DNA of 24,000 bases from an uncultured Selenomonadales bacterium (GCA_946407015.1 CAMJML010000019.1:40831-64830), one strand, 5' to 3'. Positions 1-7,952 are shown, counted from the first letter of the stretch. The notes: generated from the letters alone by a model not told the origin. Numbers and translations are program-made.

Positions 1-447
1 ACTTCAGATTGTCCATTGATTGATCCGATAATAGTGAATGAAGTTATTCACTATTATAAGGCAAACAAACAATACGATATAGTAACCAATGCCGGCAATG
101 ATCTCAAGCAGCGAACATATCCCCGTGGGCTTGATGTAGAAGTTTTTTCCTACCAAGCGCTGGAAAACGCCTACAGAAAGGCAGAAGAGACTTATCAGCG
201 TGAACATGTGACACCATATATTTATGAGAATAGCTTAAAAATTTATTATTATAAAAATAATGAAGATTATTCTTCATTTCGCTGGACATTGGATACCAAA
301 GATGATTTTATCCTAATTAAGGAAATTTACCGGCATTTATATAAAGGAACCCACGATTTTTACTTGTTTGATATTTTGAGACTATTGAAGCAATTTCCAA
401 GTTTAAGCAAAATAAATGAGCATATTGAACAAAAAAACTATAAGTAA
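1..447 (+). CDS. SpsF-like cytidylyltransferase-fold sugar biosynthesis protein, C-terminal part (5' end outside window)
   Basis: Frame 1 is open from base 1 (TSDCPLIDPIIVNEV...), so the listed ORF 16..447 is only the part after an internal Met. The motifs DCPLIDP, YPRGLDVEVF and REHVTPYIY resemble SpsF/COG1861-type proteins as I recall them. It lies directly upstream of a NeuB/PseI-type synthase. Confidence 0.65.
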   Translation, partial: TSDCPLIDPIIVNEVIHYYKANKQYDIVTNAGNDLKQRTYPRGLDVEVFSYQALENAYRKAEETYQREHVTPYIYENSLKIYYYKNNEDYSSFRWTLDTKDDFILIKEIYRHLYKGTHDFYLFDILRLLKQFPSLSKINEHIEQKNYK

Positions 448-461
448 AACATGGGGGATTT

Positions 462-1511
462 ATGCAAAAAACAATGAAAGTGAAAGATCGAATTATTGGA
501 AGTGAATCTCCGTGTTATATCATTGCGGAAATGTCGGCTAATCATGCTGGAGATATCAATAGAGCCATTGAAATTATTCATGCAGCAAAAGCTAGTGGTG
601 CCGATTGTATTAAGTTACAAACATATACGCCTGATACGATCACGATTAATTGCAATAATGATTACTTCAAAATAAAAAACGGCATTTGGCAAGGAGAAAC
701 CCTTTATCAATTGTATAAAAAAGCCTTTACTCCTTGGGAATGGCAAGGAATACTTAAAGAAGAAGCAGATAAATTGGGTATAAACTTTTTGTCAACTCCA
801 TTTGATAAGACTGCTGTAGATTTTTTAGAAGAATTAGGAATTAATTGTTATAAAATTGCATCATTTGAGTTAGTCGATATACCGCTTATTAAATATACGG
901 CCGCTAAAGGCAAACCTATAATTATGTCAACTGGAATGGCGTCGCTTGGAGAAATAGAGGAAGCCGTAAACGCTGTACGGTCTGAAGGAAATAATGAATT
1001 ATGTTTATTAAAATGCTCTAGTGCTTATCCAGCTATTTCAGATGACATGAATCTTAAAACAATTTCAAATTTAAAAGAAACATTTGACCTGCCAGTCGGT
1101 CTATCAGATCATTCTATGGGCTCAATTGGTGCAGTTACAGCAGTAGCTCTGGGGGCTAATGTAATTGAAAAGCACTTTTGCCTGAGTAGAGAGATTGAAA
1201 ATCCCGATGCTTCATTTTCGATGGAACCTCATGAGTTTAAGAGTATGGTTGACGATATACGAACAGCCGAGAAAGCTATTGGTAAAGTCAGTTATCAGTT
1301 GTCTGAACGTGAAAAACCGAGTATTATTTTTCGGAAATCCATTTTTAGTATTAAAGATATTAGAAGAGGTGAATCGCTGACAGAAGACAATATTCGAGTT
1401 ATTAGACCAGGGTACGGTTTAGCTCCTAAGTATTATCACCAGATAATCGGTATGAAAGCGACCAAAGATATTCTACTAGGGACGCCTATTGAATGGAAAT
1501 TGATTGAATAA
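462..1511 (+). CDS. pseI: Pseudaminic acid synthase / NeuB-family nonulosonic acid synthase (SpsE-like)
   Basis: 349 aa. N-terminal IIAEMSANHAGD...CIKLQTY fits the NeuB TIM-barrel signature. The C-terminal region (IFRKSIFSIKDIRRGESLTEDNIRVIRPG) looks like an SAF domain. A GGGGGA RBS lies 4 nt upstream. The neighbours are PseG and PseC. Confidence 0.85.
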   Translation: MQKTMKVKDRIIGSESPCYIIAEMSANHAGDINRAIEIIHAAKASGADCIKLQTYTPDTITINCNNDYFKIKNGIWQGETLYQLYKKAFTPWEWQGILKEEADKLGINFLSTPFDKTAVDFLEELGINCYKIASFELVDIPLIKYTAAKGKPIIMSTGMASLGEIEEAVNAVRSEGNNELCLLKCSSAYPAISDDMNLKTISNLKETFDLPVGLSDHSMGSIGAVTAVALGANVIEKHFCLSREIENPDASFSMEPHEFKSMVDDIRTAEKAIGKVSYQLSEREKPSIIFRKSIFSIKDIRRGESLTEDNIRVIRPGYGLAPKYYHQIIGMKATKDILLGTPIEWKLIE

Positions 1512-1546
1512 TAAATTTAGAAGATTTCTACGAGGAAGGTAGCAAG

Positions 1547-2179
1547 ATGAAGATTTCAGTTATTGTTGATTCTGCTGATAGCTGGTTTGTCGAGTATGGG
1601 AAAAAGCTTTGTGATCGATTAAGTGCTGATCAGCACGATGTAGTATTTAGCACATCTATAGATAGAGATGGAGATATTGCTTTTTTTCTAAGTTGCCGAG
1701 AAATTATTCCAGCCAGTAAATTGAAGTTACATAAAAGTAATATTGTCATACATGCAGGTGATTTACCTAAGGAAAAAGGCTGGTCCCCAATGTCATGGAC
1801 AATACTTCAAGGGAAAAATGAAATTGTTCTTTCATTATTTGAAGCCATTGATAAAGTCGATAGTGGGAAAATATATATGAAAGATAAGATTAGTTTTAGA
1901 GGAGATGAGTTATTGCCTGAATTACGAGAAAAAATGGCTCAAAAAATATTGGAAATGGCAGTGAATTATGTAAAGTCGTATCCGATAGAAGGGTTAGAGC
2001 AAGAGGGCGAAGAAAGTTACTATCGATTAAGAACACCGCAAGATAGTGAATTAGATATAAATAAATCTCTTAACGATCAATTTAACTTGATGCGAATAGC
2101 GGATAATGAAGCGTATCCTCTATTTTTCTGGAAAAACAATCAAAAATATATACTCAAAATATTTAAAGCAGAAATTTGA
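1547..2179 (+). CDS. Formyltransferase-fold protein (Fmt N-terminal-domain-like), possible sugar N-formyl/acyl transferase
   Basis: 210 aa. The segment IVIHAGDLPKEKGWSPMSWTILQG resembles the HxSLLPxxRG...I catalytic segment of formyltransferases. RBS GAGGAAGG. The gene sits between pseI and pseG. Confidence 0.55.
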   Translation: MKISVIVDSADSWFVEYGKKLCDRLSADQHDVVFSTSIDRDGDIAFFLSCREIIPASKLKLHKSNIVIHAGDLPKEKGWSPMSWTILQGKNEIVLSLFEAIDKVDSGKIYMKDKISFRGDELLPELREKMAQKILEMAVNYVKSYPIEGLEQEGEESYYRLRTPQDSELDINKSLNDQFNLMRIADNEAYPLFFWKNNQKYILKIFKAEI

Positions 2180-2200
2180 AATTTGGTGAGAGGACAGTAA

Positions 2201-3292
2201 ATGCTTAATATTGCATTCAGAGTCGATGGCGGGAAGTCTACAGGGTTAGGACATCTTGTGCGTTGCTTATCTTTAGCTCGCACATTCAGGTCAGCTGGCT
2301 ATAATGTCTATTTTATCAGTAAGTTAGCTGAAGGGATTGGATTAGTCCGCAACGAGCGATTTGATGTTTTTCCCATTCCTTCTGTCGAGCAAGTAACAGA
2401 AGGCTTTTTTTATGGAGATGAAGTTCATTTAGCCGAAGAAGCCAAGCGTATGGCGACAATATTAGCCGATACTCAGACCGATGTCTTGATTATCGATTCG
2501 TATAATGTTAATAAAGACTATTTCTTGACACTAAAGAGCTGTACGAAAAGGATAGTCTATATCGATGACATTAATAAATTTAACTATCCAGTAGATATAG
2601 TCATTAATGGGAATATCACAGGTGAATACCTGAGTTATGAGAAATATACGGATACACAGGTGTTGTTGCTTGGTCCTAACTATAATATGATTCGCGACGA
2701 ATTTAGTAAGCTGCCTGGACGTAACTTAAGCACAAATGTAAATGAAGTGCTGATTACTACCGGTGGGTCAGATCCATACAGGATTACCGATAAGTTATTA
2801 GGGTTTTTGCTAACAAGTCATCAGTTTATAGATTTGCGCCTGAATGTTTTAGTTGGGAGTGGTTTTTCTCAGGTTGAGTATTTAAGCAATTTAAGTTATC
2901 AACATGATAATATTTTTCTTTATGCTAACTCATCTATTGTTGATCGTGCATCGAATATCATGTATTCGAATCTTTCAACAATAATGCTACGGTCTGATAT
3001 TGCAATATCAGCTGGTGGAAGTACGCTCTACGAATTGGCTGCTTGTGGTACGCCTACCATGGCTTTTATTATGGCGGACAATCAAGAATTTATAGTGACG
3101 AAGATGGCTGAAATGGGATATATAAAAAACTTAGGGTGGTATAGCGGACTGAAAAAAGAGCAAGCTCTTGGGCAATTTCTCCAGCTTATGAATGATTTTG
3201 AACTACGTCGACAAATGAGTTGTAGGGGACAGACCTTGATTGATGGTAAAGGAAATCAGCGGATCGTTAAGGCTATTATGGAAGATTTATAA
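2201..3292 (+). CDS. pseG: UDP-2,4-diacetamido-2,4,6-trideoxy-beta-L-altropyranose hydrolase (PseG/SpsG-like, GT-B fold)
   Basis: 363 aa. The N-terminus IAFRVDGGKSTGLGHLVRCLSLA is the typical PseG/SpsG start. A C-terminal GGSTLYELAACGTP motif is present. RBS GAGAGGA. Confidence 0.8.
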   Translation: MLNIAFRVDGGKSTGLGHLVRCLSLARTFRSAGYNVYFISKLAEGIGLVRNERFDVFPIPSVEQVTEGFFYGDEVHLAEEAKRMATILADTQTDVLIIDSYNVNKDYFLTLKSCTKRIVYIDDINKFNYPVDIVINGNITGEYLSYEKYTDTQVLLLGPNYNMIRDEFSKLPGRNLSTNVNEVLITTGGSDPYRITDKLLGFLLTSHQFIDLRLNVLVGSGFSQVEYLSNLSYQHDNIFLYANSSIVDRASNIMYSNLSTIMLRSDIAISAGGSTLYELAACGTPTMAFIMADNQEFIVTKMAEMGYIKNLGWYSGLKKEQALGQFLQLMNDFELRRQMSCRGQTLIDGKGNQRIVKAIMEDL

Positions 3293-3314
3293 ATCTAGGA
3301 AGGTGAAGTCTACA

Positions 3315-4466
3315 ATGGGAGATACATTTTTGCCATATGGCCGTCAATGGTTAGATGAAGATGATATTAATTCTGTAATTGAAGTGCTACAATCGGATTA
3401 TTTAACAACTGGTCCTAAAATTGCGCAATTCGAAAAAGAATTTGCACAATATGTTGATGCAAAATTTGCTGTGGCTCTTGCGAACGGAACAGCTGCATTG
3501 CATGCAGCATGCTTTGTAGCTGGCATAACAAAAGGTGATGAAGTTATTACGACACCGATCACTTTTGCAGCTTCTGCTAACAGCGTGCTATATTGTGGTG
3601 GTACACCAGTTTTTGCTGACATAAACCCATATACCTATAATATAGACCCAGCTCAAATTCGCAAAAAGATTACTAGCAAAACAAAAGCTATTATTCCAGT
3701 ACATTTTGCTGGGCAACCTTGCTATATGGATGAAATCAGCGAAATTGCACAAGAATATGATTTGGTCGTGATCGAGGACGCAGCGCATGCTTTAGGCGCA
3801 GATTATAAAGGAAGGCGCATTGGAAGCATTTCTGATCTGACAACATTTAGCTTTCATCCCGTTAAGCATATTACAACGGGTGAGGGTGGGATGGTTACAA
3901 CAAATGATGAGAAACTGTATAAGAAACTGTTGTTATTTCGAAGCCATGGAATTACCAGAGAGAAAGAATCTCTTCGGTGCGATCAAGGCGCCTGGTTCTA
4001 TGAGCAGCTAGATTTAGGCTATAATTATCGAATGACCGATATTCAGGCTGCATTGGGACTTAGTCAACTGCGTAAGTCAAATCGCTTTTTAGAAAGACGT
4101 CGAGAAATAGCTGCTTTGTATAATGAAGCTTTTGCTGACATAGAAAGCCTCATTATTCCTTTCCAGGCTAATGAGTGTCACTCCAGCTGGCACCTATATG
4201 TTATTCAATTAAAGCTAGAGAAGCTTAGCATTGCCCGAAAAGGTTTTTTTGAAGCTATGCTAGCAGAAAATATTGGTGTCAATGTTCACTATATCCCTGT
4301 TTACAAACATCCCTATTACCAAGATAACGGATATCGAAATACAAAATGCCAATATAGTGAGCAGTATTATGAGAGAGCAATAACGCTGCCTATTTTCCCG
4401 AAGATGTCAAATCAAGATGTTGCAGAAGTAGTTAAAGTTATTAAACAAATACTTGGAAGATCTTAG
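3315..4466 (+). CDS. pseC: UDP-4-amino-4,6-dideoxy-N-acetyl-beta-L-altrosamine transaminase (DegT/DnrJ/EryC1 family)
   Basis: The ORF 3240..4466 is trimmed to the ATG at 3315, which follows RBS AGGAAGGTGAAG. This start gives MGDTFLPYGRQWLDEDDI..., the canonical PseC N-terminus. The PLP-lysine context SFHPVKHITTGEGG is present. Confidence 0.85.
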   Translation: MGDTFLPYGRQWLDEDDINSVIEVLQSDYLTTGPKIAQFEKEFAQYVDAKFAVALANGTAALHAACFVAGITKGDEVITTPITFAASANSVLYCGGTPVFADINPYTYNIDPAQIRKKITSKTKAIIPVHFAGQPCYMDEISEIAQEYDLVVIEDAAHALGADYKGRRIGSISDLTTFSFHPVKHITTGEGGMVTTNDEKLYKKLLLFRSHGITREKESLRCDQGAWFYEQLDLGYNYRMTDIQAALGLSQLRKSNRFLERRREIAALYNEAFADIESLIIPFQANECHSSWHLYVIQLKLEKLSIARKGFFEAMLAENIGVNVHYIPVYKHPYYQDNGYRNTKCQYSEQYYERAITLPIFPKMSNQDVAEVVKVIKQILGRS

Positions 4467-4563
4467 CTCAGACTGCTCATCAATGTTGGCCCAGGCAAAT
4501 CAGAGCCACAATCTATCTTCAGCTATTACGTGCAGGCTAAGTACGTATTCTTATTTTTTATAA

Positions 4564-4604
4564 CATAACCACTCAAGCAGGCGCAGCTTACTTGAGTGGT
4601 TATG
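4564..4604. terminator. Hairpin between convergent pseC and crp/fnr genes
   Basis: A 14-bp perfect stem CATAACCACTCAAG / CTTGAGTGGTTATG encloses a 13-nt loop. TTTATT follows on the + strand. The stem abuts the stop codon of the minus-strand gene. Confidence 0.6.
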
Positions 4605-4605
4605 T

Positions 4606-5298
4606 TTATTCCGCCTCCTTTTGTAATCGTGGCAGGTTCAAAATCTTCACCGACGTCCGGTAAAACTCAATTATTCCATCATCGCGCATGCGTCCGAGTT
4701 CGCGGGACAGGGCGGTGCGGGAGACACTGAGAAAGTCAGCTAATTGGTTGCGCTTTAGCGGCAGGGTAAAGGTCAGGGTTTTGTTTTCTTTATATTGTTC
4801 CAGCAGGTAAACGGCTATTTTTTTACGCATGCTTTTAATGGAAAGATACTCGGTTTTTCGGTTGAGCATGAGTGCTTTTGTCGAGATGATCACCAGCAGG
4901 TTTTTGACTAACTGGTTCTGGCTGGTGCACACATTGGCGCATTTGCCGATAATTTTTTCCGGGTCGAGAAATACGGCCGAGCAGGGGGTATGGGCAAGCA
5001 CGGAAGCCGGCCAGGTGTTTTGGGGTGAAAAAGCGATGATTTCGCCGAAAAGATCGCCTTGGACGAGGTTGGTCATCACAATGCGGCTGCCTGAGGCTGT
5101 TTCTTTGAGTACTTCGGCCTCACCGCTCAGCAGGATACCTAAGCCGGTGAACGGAGTTCCCTGGACGGTGATGTAGCTGTTCTTGCTGTAATGCTGTACT
5201 CTAGGCTTTAGGCAATCCCACATGACGGCTAAGGATTCGGCAGGAATATGCTGAAACAGGGCGGAAGTGAAGAGCTGTTTAATTAATTTATTATCCAT
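4606..5298 (-). CDS. Crp/Fnr family transcriptional regulator
   Basis: 230 aa. It has an N-terminal cNMP-binding-like beta-roll (GDLFGEI) and a C-terminal HTH (RNQLADFLSVSRTALSRELGRMRDDGII). RBS AGGTGA lies 6 nt upstream of the ATG. Confidence 0.85.
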   Translation of the reverse strand: MDNKLIKQLFTSALFQHIPAESLAVMWDCLKPRVQHYSKNSYITVQGTPFTGLGILLSGEAEVLKETASGSRIVMTNLVQGDLFGEIIAFSPQNTWPASVLAHTPCSAVFLDPEKIIGKCANVCTSQNQLVKNLLVIISTKALMLNRKTEYLSIKSMRKKIAVYLLEQYKENKTLTFTLPLKRNQLADFLSVSRTALSRELGRMRDDGIIEFYRTSVKILNLPRLQKEAE

Positions 5299-5318
5299 AA
5301 CAGATCACCTGATAATTT

Positions 5319-5334
5319 GGTAGCCATGGCTACC
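5319..5334. promoter_or_regulatory. Perfect 16-bp palindrome GGTAGCCATGGCTACC in the divergent intergenic region (candidate Crp/Fnr-type operator)
   Basis: Read directly from the sequence. The core GTAGC-N4-GCTAC has the 5-N4-5 geometry of FNR-type sites. It lies 8 bp upstream of the regulator's RBS and 67 bp upstream of the 4Fe-4S gene start. Confidence 0.4.
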
Positions 5335-5346
5335 GATTTTTATTTT

Positions 5347-5363
5347 CTATTGTATTACAATAG
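5347..5363. promoter_or_regulatory. Perfect 8-1-8 palindrome CTATTGTA-T-TACAATAG, containing a TACAAT -10-like hexamer
   Basis: Read directly from the sequence. It lies 38 bp upstream of the ATG at 5401. Confidence 0.3.
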
Positions 5364-5400
5364 GGTCAGGAAAACAAACAGAAGATTGGAGGGGCTAGTC

Positions 5401-6072
5401 ATGCTAACCCGTAAAATAAGTAAGATTGATGAAGAAAAGTGCATCGGTTGTGGAATTTGTACGCAAACCTGTCATGAGGGCGCGCTGAAGTTAGTCAATG
5501 GAAAAGCCAAACTGGTTTCGACCACCCAATGTGACGGACTGGGGCGGTGCTTGCCGGTCTGTCCGCAAGGAGCCATCACACTGGAGGACCAGCCTGTCGC
5601 AGATATTCCGGCTGCTGTACCGATGCAGCCAGGCTTTGGCTGTCCCGGCAGCCGGGCAGCCAGGATTGAACGCGATAACGCTCAGCCAGCTGAGCGCGTC
5701 GCAGTTCAATCCCAGTTGCAGCAATGGCCTTGTCAGATTAAACTGGTACCTCCAGCAGCACCCTATTTTAACCAGGCAGATCTGCTGATTGCCGCTGACT
5801 GTACTGCTTATGCGTATGCCAATATGCACCAGGATTTCATGCAGGGAAAAATCACCCTGATCGGTTGTCCAAAGCTGGATGAAGGCAATTATGCGGATAA
5901 ATTGGGTCAAATCTTCCAGGCTAATCACATCAACAGCATTACCGTTGTACGGATGGAAAAGCCTTGCTGCGGCGGCTTAGTCCATGCAGCTCAGCAGGCA
6001 CTGCTGCATAGCGGGAAAGAGATTCCGTTTCAGTTTGTGGTGATTGGGATTGATGGCAGAATTCTTGAGTAA
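5401..6072 (+). CDS. 4Fe-4S dicluster domain protein with a conserved Cys-containing C-terminal domain (FrdX-like iron-sulfur protein)
   Basis: The ORF 5317..6072 is trimmed to the ATG at 5401, which follows RBS GGAGG. CIGCGICTQTC and CDGLGRCLPVCP are ferredoxin-type motifs. The C-terminal segment LLIAADCTAYAY...LIGCPKLDE...KPCCGG is conserved in proteins I recall next to Crp/Fnr (HcpR-type) regulators. Confidence 0.75.
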   Translation: MLTRKISKIDEEKCIGCGICTQTCHEGALKLVNGKAKLVSTTQCDGLGRCLPVCPQGAITLEDQPVADIPAAVPMQPGFGCPGSRAARIERDNAQPAERVAVQSQLQQWPCQIKLVPPAAPYFNQADLLIAADCTAYAYANMHQDFMQGKITLIGCPKLDEGNYADKLGQIFQANHINSITVVRMEKPCCGGLVHAAQQALLHSGKEIPFQFVVIGIDGRILE

Positions 6073-6093
6073 GGGATTTTAGGGAACGATATT

Positions 6094-6339
6094 GAACCAC
6101 AGAGGGCGCAGAGGACACAGAGGGGTACGGGGGCGCAATGCTATTGCGCCTGGGGTTTATGAATCCGAGGTAGTATGTTGTATGCTTGCTAATTCGTAAT
6201 CCTATTGTTTAAGAACGAAATAATTTAATAGTGGGAAAAGGTTGACCTCAGCCAAGGCTGAGGTTTTTTCTATAAAAAAATCGCAATAAGATTACGACTC
6301 AAAAATCCCACTGTGTCCTCCGTGTCCCCTCTGTGGTTC
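6094..6339. repeat. Copy A of the 9-bp-module inverted-repeat element (MITE-like nested palindrome, about 246 bp)
   Basis: Left arm: GAACCACAGAG GGCGCAGAG GACACAGAG GGG (6094-6125). Right arm: CCCACTGTGTCCTCCGTGTCCCCTCTGTGGTTC (6307-6339). An inner inverted repeat pairs CGTAATCCTATTG (6195-6207) with CAATAAGATTACG (6284-6296). There is a hairpin GGCGCAAT-GCT-ATTGCGCC at 6132-6150. Confidence 0.65.
6246..6269 (+). terminator. Hairpin plus T-run at the centre of repeat copy A
   Basis: CCTCAG-CCAAGG-CTGAGG is followed by TTTTTT. Confidence 0.5.
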
Positions 6340-6516
6340 GATTCCGTTGCAGATATAATTCGCCGGGCCTGGGAATATATATTGGGTAATATGCCTTAGG
6401 GGTAAAAGCACCTTTTAAACAATTGGGGAATAGGCTGACATTGATGAACATTGCTCATGCACGCTGCGTTTTCGTTCACATAGAATGCCTTGGGGGCTAC
6501 AAGAAAGGAAGATGGT

Positions 6517-7896
6517 ATGTTAACCAGCATTGTCATGTTAACCTACAATAAAATTGCCCATACCCAAACTTGTATTGAGAGTATCCGTGAGTACACGGAG
6601 CAAGGGACTTATGAATTGATTGTTGTGGATAATGGATCGACCGATGGAACACTGGAATGGCTGCAGCAGCAGCCTGATATTCGTGCCATTCTGAATACTG
6701 AAAATCAGGGTTTTCCTAAAGGCTGTAACCAGGGAATCGCCATTGCTAATGGCGATAGCATTCTCTTATTAAACAATGACACCATTGTGACCCGCAACTG
6801 GCTGCCGAACCTGACCACCTGTTTATTTAGCAGCCCTGATATCGGAGCGGTTGGGGCAGTAACCAATAATTGTTCGTATTCCCAATCCATACCGGTCAAT
6901 TATCAGAATACCCCTGAGATGCAAAGCTTTGCTGCGGCCTACAACCAGTCTGATCCGGCCAAGTGGGAAGAACGCTTAAAGCTGGTTGGCTTCTGCATGC
7001 TGATTAAAAAGAGTGTGGTCGATGAGGTTGGTTTATTAGATGAGGTATTCACTCCAGGCAATTATGAAGATGATGATTACTCGCTGCGCATCCGGTTGGC
7101 CGGTTACCGGCTAATGCTCTGCACCGATACCTTTATCCATCATTTCGGAAGTATTTCTTTTAAAGATAATAATGCGTTGTTTGCCCAATTGCTGCGTGAT
7201 AATGCTAAAAAGTTTGAAGATAAATGGGGATTTAATCCGGTCTACTCCACCTTTATGCGCAACGAAATTGTTGCGATGATGGACCCGGTGTCAGAGCGGA
7301 CGATGCGTGTGTTGGAGGTTGGCTGCGCCTGTGGCGGAATCCTGCTCAAAATCAAGCATACCTTTAAGGAGGTTGAGCTTTACGGTATCGAATTAAATGA
7401 AAATGCGGCACGCAGTGCCCGGCTTATTGCCGATGTGACGGTCGGGGATATTGAACAGCTGCAGCTCAATTATCCGGCGGAGTTTTTTGATGTCATTATT
7501 ATGGCTGACGTATTGGAGCATATGGCAGACCCTTGGAAAATCCTGAAACAACTGCGGAATTATTTGCGTTCTGACGGCAAAGTCGTTGCCAGTATCCCGA
7601 ATGTCATGCATTTTAGCGTCATCCGGGATATGCTGAATGGGTTTTGGAATTATCAGGATGCCGGTATTTTGGACCGGACGCATCTGCGCTTTTTTACCTT
7701 GCATGAAATCGGCAAAATGTTTGGCGAATGCGGTTTTACCAATCTCGTTTTTAACTTTACCAGCATTCCGGCTTCTGAAGGGGATTTGAAGTTTATCAAT
7801 GACCTGGCCGAAATTACCAACAAGAATTTGATTAGCCAATATATGTCTTATCAATATCTGGTTAAAGCCTCGAAAATACCGGAAGCGGCTCCATAA
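6517..7896 (+). CDS. Glycosyltransferase family 2 fused to a class I SAM-dependent methyltransferase domain
   Basis: The ORF 6490..7896 is trimmed to the ATG at 6517, which follows AAAGGAAG. The N-terminal half has VMLTYNK...VVDNGSTDGT...EDDDY (GT-A, DxD). The C-terminal half has VLEVGCACGG (SAM motif I) and DVIIMADVLEHMADP. Confidence 0.8.
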   Translation: MLTSIVMLTYNKIAHTQTCIESIREYTEQGTYELIVVDNGSTDGTLEWLQQQPDIRAILNTENQGFPKGCNQGIAIANGDSILLLNNDTIVTRNWLPNLTTCLFSSPDIGAVGAVTNNCSYSQSIPVNYQNTPEMQSFAAAYNQSDPAKWEERLKLVGFCMLIKKSVVDEVGLLDEVFTPGNYEDDDYSLRIRLAGYRLMLCTDTFIHHFGSISFKDNNALFAQLLRDNAKKFEDKWGFNPVYSTFMRNEIVAMMDPVSERTMRVLEVGCACGGILLKIKHTFKEVELYGIELNENAARSARLIADVTVGDIEQLQLNYPAEFFDVIIMADVLEHMADPWKILKQLRNYLRSDGKVVASIPNVMHFSVIRDMLNGFWNYQDAGILDRTHLRFFTLHEIGKMFGECGFTNLVFNFTSIPASEGDLKFINDLAEITNKNLISQYMSYQYLVKASKIPEAAP

Positions 7897-7913
7897 GCCG
7901 CTTCCTTATTTTT
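7881..7913 (+). terminator. Rho-independent terminator overlapping the GT2-MT stop codon
   Basis: A 9-bp stem GGAAGCGGC / GCCGCTTCC with a 7-nt loop is followed by TTATTTTT. Confidence 0.7.
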
Positions 7914-7916
7914 CCC

Positions 7917-7945
7917 TTGCATTTTATGGCTATAAAAACTATAAT
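7917..7945 (+). promoter_or_regulatory. Sigma-70/SigA-type promoter TTGCAT-N17-TATAAT
   Basis: The -35 is at 7917-7922 and the -10 at 7940-7945, with an exact 17-nt spacer. The predicted TSS is near 7952. Confidence 0.6.
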
Positions 7946-7952
7946 TTACTGT

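Noticed and set aside
3240-3314. N-terminal extensions offered by the ORF track (3240 for pseC, 5317 for the 4Fe-4S gene, 6490 for GT2-MT, 8698 for binding protein 1, 11565 for the ATPase, 12345 for csp, 12881 for hpf, 16463 for the NrfD-like gene)
   Set aside because: In each case a downstream start has a proper RBS and yields the family-typical N-terminus. The extensions overlap upstream genes or promoters and add non-conserved residues.
6335-6345. GGTTCGATTCC, identical to a tRNA T-loop consensus
   Set aside because: The flanking bases (TGTGG / CCGTT) cannot form a T-stem, and no acceptor or anticodon arms are present. GGTTC is the conserved terminus of the 9-bp-module repeat, as in copies B and C.
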